A stretch of DNA of 64,000 nucleotides, from assembly GCA_965283675.1 (NCBI GenBank), contig CBDIPQ010000005.1, forward strand, positions 91,196 to 155,195, in the 5' to 3' direction. A program made the position numbers and the translations under genes. Position 1 is the first letter of the stretch, and each line of letters starts with the position of its first letter. The notes below the pieces were generated by a model that was given only the letters and a program-made list of their open reading frames with translations, was not told the origin of the DNA and did not search any database. Shown here one piece after another: positions 60,959 through 64,000 of this stretch. The DNA comes from Caulobacteraceae bacterium (lineage in GTDB: Bacteria; Pseudomonadota; Alphaproteobacteria; Caulobacterales; Caulobacteraceae).

Positions 60959-61920
60959 GGAAGAGGCTGGGCGGCGTCGGGAGTTCCCGGCGCCGCCTCG
61001 ACTTCCCAGCGGATGTTGCGCGGGTCCAGCAGGCGGCCCGTCGCCAGGTCGCAGACGACCGGATGGATCGCCTCGCCGGTGCGGGTGTCGACCAGTTTCA
61101 GCGGCGGCCCGTCGGGGCAGAGCCAGCGCTCGCTCCAGCCGTGCATGGCCATGATCATCGGGAACAGGTCCAGGCCGGCCTGGGTCAGCCGGTATTCGAA
61201 GCGCGGCGGCGCCTTCTGGTAGAGCTTCTTCTCAAGCACCCCGTGCAGGACCATGCGGTTCAAGCGGTCGGCCAGGATGTTGGTGGCGACGCCCAGCGCC
61301 TCGTGGATTTCGTCGAACCGGCGCATGCGGAAGAAGGCGGCGGCCAGCACCGCCCAGCTCCAGTAATCGCCCATGATGTCGGTCGAGCGGTCGATGATCG
61401 CCCGGTCCGTCTCCATCGGCTGGGTCCGGCGCCGGCGCGACGTCGGGGGCGCGATCGGGACCAGCCCCTCGCCCACCTCACCGCGGACGAAGTGCGGATC
61501 GACCGGCTGACCGCCTTCATGATTGAAGATGGCCGGGGTCACCGGCTCGCCGGTGTGGCGGTCGTAGAAGGCGAGGGCGTAGCGCTCCTGCAGGGGCGAG
61601 CGCGCCCACTTCCGCTCCCACTGGCCCTGCATGACGGCGGTGCCGAACATGTCGAGCCCCATTTCCGTCAGCCGGTACTCCAGGCGCGTCGGCAACTCCT
61701 TCGCCGGGCGCTGCTCGAACAGGCCGGCGGCGACGAGGCGGTTGAGCCGGTCGGTCAGGACGCTGCGCGGCATGCCGAGCCGGTCGCGCCACTGCGAGAA
61801 CCGCCGCGCGCCGTAGAAGGCCTCGCGCAGGATCAGTTGCGTCCAGGCGTCGCCCGTCACCGCGAACGCGCGGGCGACGGGGTTCCCCATGATCAGATCG
61901 CGTGTGGAAATCTGGTCCAC
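60955..61920 (-). CDS. Transcriptional regulator with two tandem HxlR-type wHTH domains
   Basis: GDAWT...RRFSQW...LEYRLTEMG and GDYWS...RRFDEI...FEYRLTQAG units; GAGGG RBS before GTG 61920. Confidence 0.9.
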   Translation of the reverse strand: MDQISTRDLIMGNPVARAFAVTGDAWTQLILREAFYGARRFSQWRDRLGMPRSVLTDRLNRLVAAGLFEQRPAKELPTRLEYRLTEMGLDMFGTAVMQGQWERKWARSPLQERYALAFYDRHTGEPVTPAIFNHEGGQPVDPHFVRGEVGEGLVPIAPPTSRRRRTQPMETDRAIIDRSTDIMGDYWSWAVLAAAFFRMRRFDEIHEALGVATNILADRLNRMVLHGVLEKKLYQKAPPRFEYRLTQAGLDLFPMIMAMHGWSERWLCPDGPPLKLVDTRTGEAIHPVVCDLATGRLLDPRNIRWEVEAAPGTPDAAQPLP

Positions 61921-62010
61921 GAGCCCTCGTTTCAATCCTGCTTCGGACCCTGTCTAGCACTCCGGACACTAAATCGCAGGTCCGGTGACGCAAGGGCGTG
62001 ATCAGGGCGA

Positions 62011-62032
62011 TAAATCCTGTTTTGCAAGTCAG
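62011..62032 (-). promoter_or_regulatory. Cluster-wide operator motif copy
   Basis: CTGACTTGC AAAACA GGATTTA in the divergent regulator/ligase gap. Confidence 0.62.
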
Positions 62033-62089
62033 TCCGGACCGCTAGGATGAAGGCCGATCCGGAATACCGGACGTGTATGGGAGAGTGGC

Positions 62090-63898
62090 GTGCTGGATCT
62101 GGTCGAAGACTTCCATCGGGCGCCGTGCCGGCCCATCCGCTTCGGCGACGTGGGGCTGGAGATCGAGCGCCGGGACGACGGAACCCTGATCCTGTCGGCC
62201 CGCGCGCCGCTGGCGCCGTATGAGCGGAATCTGCTGCGCCGGTTCTGGTCGCACGGCGAGACGCAGGCGCAGAAGACCTGGATCGCCGAGCGGGACGGCG
62301 AGGGCTGGCGGCGGCTCTCCTACGGCCAGGCGCGAACCGACGTTTCGGCCGTGGCGACCTGGCTGAAGGCGCAGGGCGTTGCGCCTGGCCGCTCGATCCT
62401 GGTCCTGTCCGGCAACACCCTGGCCCATGCCTTGTGGATGTTCGGGGCCATGGCCGCGGGCGTGCCGATCTGTTCGGTCAGCACCAACTATTCCCTGCTG
62501 AGCGCCGACTTCGAGCGGCTGCGGCATGTGGTCGATCTGGTGAAGCCGGCGGTGATCTTCGCCGAGACCGCCGACTATGCGCGCGCCGCCGAGGCCATCG
62601 CGCCGGACGATGCGATCATCGTCACCGGCGCCCCCGACGCCTTCGCGGGCGAAGCGGTCGATATGGCCGAGGTGCTGTGGGCGCCGGACGTGGCGGGCGT
62701 CGGCCGGGCCGTCGAGGCGCTGGATCCGACGGCGCCCGCCCGCTACCTGCTGACCTCCGGCTCGACCGGGCGGCCCAAGGCGGTGATCCACACCCAGGCC
62801 ATGATGACCGGCAATACGGCCAGCGGGGCGCAGGCCATGGGCGACGCCTTCGACTGGGGCGGGGTCATGCTGGACTGGCTGCCGTGGAGCCACATCGCCG
62901 GCTCGTCCCTGCTGACCAACATCACCTGGCTGGGCGGGACGCTGCACATCGACGACGGCCGTCCGACGCCGGCGCAGTTCGCGGCGACGCTGAGGAACCT
63001 GCGCGAGGTCCCGGTGCGCTTCTACGGCACCATGCCTTCGGGCTACGCCATGCTGGCCGATGCGCTGGAGGCGGACGAGGCGCTGCGCCGGACCTTCTTC
63101 AGCGAGCTGAGGGTCATGCTGTTCGGCGGGGCGGGGCTGCCCCAGCCCCTGCACGACCGGCTGCAGCGGCTGGCGGTCGCCACGACGGGGCAGCGGTTCA
63201 TGTTCGTGTCCGGCTACGGCTCGACCGAGACCGGCTCCGCGATCAGCTACACCTGGTGGGAGAGCACCCGCGTCGGCATCGGCCTGCCGGTGCCGGGGGC
63301 GTCGCTGAAGCTGGTGCCGGCCGACGGCGCCTATGAGGTGCGGGTCAAGGCGCCCAGCGTGACGCCCGGCTATTTCGGCGACGACGACCGGACGCGCGAG
63401 GTCTTCGACGAGGACGGCTTCCTGCGCATGGACGACATGGCCGACTTCCACGACCGGGACGACCCCGAGCTGGGCCTGTTCTTCGCCGGGCGGCGGGTGG
63501 AGCAGTTCAAGCTGGCCAACGGCACCTTCGTGGCGGCGGGCCGGCTGCGCGGTGATCTGCTGGAGGCCCTGCCGGGCGTGTTCCGTGACGTGGTGATCTG
63601 CGGCGAGGGGCAGACGGCGTTGAAGGTCCTGGCCTGGGCCGATCCGGAGGGCGTGCGCCGGCTGGGAGATGCCGCCGCCGTGCGCGCCGCCGTGGCCGAG
63701 GGCCTGCGCCGCTACAATGCGACCCACACCGGCCAGAGCGAGCGGCTGGCCGGCCTGCTGTTCCTCGACACGCCGCCGGACGTGGAAGGCCACGAGGTCT
63801 CGGACAAGGGGTCGATCAATCGCAACATGGTCCTGCGCAACCGCGCCGGGGATGTGGCGCGGCTGTATGCCGACGATGCTGAGGTGATCGTTCCCTAA
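62090..63898 (+). CDS. Feruloyl-CoA-synthase-like acyl-CoA synthetase
   Basis: LTSGSTGRPK, DWLPWSH, GYGSTET, KAPSVTPGY, FKLANGTFV, EVSDKGSINR. Confidence 0.88.
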   Translation: MLDLVEDFHRAPCRPIRFGDVGLEIERRDDGTLILSARAPLAPYERNLLRRFWSHGETQAQKTWIAERDGEGWRRLSYGQARTDVSAVATWLKAQGVAPGRSILVLSGNTLAHALWMFGAMAAGVPICSVSTNYSLLSADFERLRHVVDLVKPAVIFAETADYARAAEAIAPDDAIIVTGAPDAFAGEAVDMAEVLWAPDVAGVGRAVEALDPTAPARYLLTSGSTGRPKAVIHTQAMMTGNTASGAQAMGDAFDWGGVMLDWLPWSHIAGSSLLTNITWLGGTLHIDDGRPTPAQFAATLRNLREVPVRFYGTMPSGYAMLADALEADEALRRTFFSELRVMLFGGAGLPQPLHDRLQRLAVATTGQRFMFVSGYGSTETGSAISYTWWESTRVGIGLPVPGASLKLVPADGAYEVRVKAPSVTPGYFGDDDRTREVFDEDGFLRMDDMADFHDRDDPELGLFFAGRRVEQFKLANGTFVAAGRLRGDLLEALPGVFRDVVICGEGQTALKVLAWADPEGVRRLGDAAAVRAAVAEGLRRYNATHTGQSERLAGLLFLDTPPDVEGHEVSDKGSINRNMVLRNRAGDVARLYADDAEVIVP

Positions 63899-64000
63899 CG
63901 CGCGCGTTGCGCCTGTTCCCACGCCAGCCGCGCCAGTTCGGGGAACTCGTCCGCGCGCTTGCGGGCCTTGGGCGAGACGGCGTTGCCGCGTATCACCCGG
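63895..64000 (-). CDS. 3' end of a convergent gene, possibly a phosphotransferase-family protein
   Basis: Reads RVIRGNAVSPKARKRADEFPELARLAWEQAQRAR-stop; its stop overlaps the ligase stop. Confidence 0.4.
   Translation of the reverse strand, partial: RVIRGNAVSPKARKRADEFPELARLAWEQAQRAR

Noticed and set aside
29642-62032. Reading the repeated TTGC-containing motif as sigma-54 promoters
   Set aside because: No GG dinucleotide at the required spacing before GC in the copies checked, and orientation does not consistently follow the genes

Overview
High-GC alphaproteobacterial DNA; gene content suggests Caulobacteraceae (Brevundimonas/Phenylobacterium-like, inferred). The window splits in two at a 3' half of tRNA-Leu(TAA) at 28588-28641, which looks like the att boundary of an integrated element. 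LEFT (1-28587): heavy-metal resistance cargo. It holds two oppositely oriented CzcCBA-type RND systems, two CDF transporters, a P1B-4-type ATPase, DUF305, MerC-like, MFS, HupE/UreJ, two acyltransferase-3 genes and an RcnR-family repressor with two candidate operators. It ends in a four-gene orphan block with two HEPN-like (Rx4-6H) proteins. One of these is decapitated by an IS5-family element inserted exactly in an overlapping stop/start junction. RIGHT (28650-64000): a 35-kb catabolic cluster of unknown substrate. It encodes two carotenoid-cleavage-type dioxygenases, five CoA ligases, three thiolases, acyl-CoA dehydrogenase, PaaN-like aldehyde dehydrogenase, PaaI thioesterase, three SDRs, three NTF2-like proteins, DUF1295, two TonB-dependent receptors, an MFS and two tandem-domain HxlR regulators. 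An asymmetric 22-bp motif (GTNRCTTKC-R-N5-RDAY) recurs about 11 times in its intergenic regions and ties it together as a probable regulon. An orphan protein with proteasome-like T1/D17/K33 spacing sits inside the cluster. About a dozen frameshifts, mostly apparent single-base losses in homopolymers, look like sequencing error rather than pseudogenisation. No CRISPR array, rRNA or intact tRNA was seen. All family calls are from motif recognition, not database searches.
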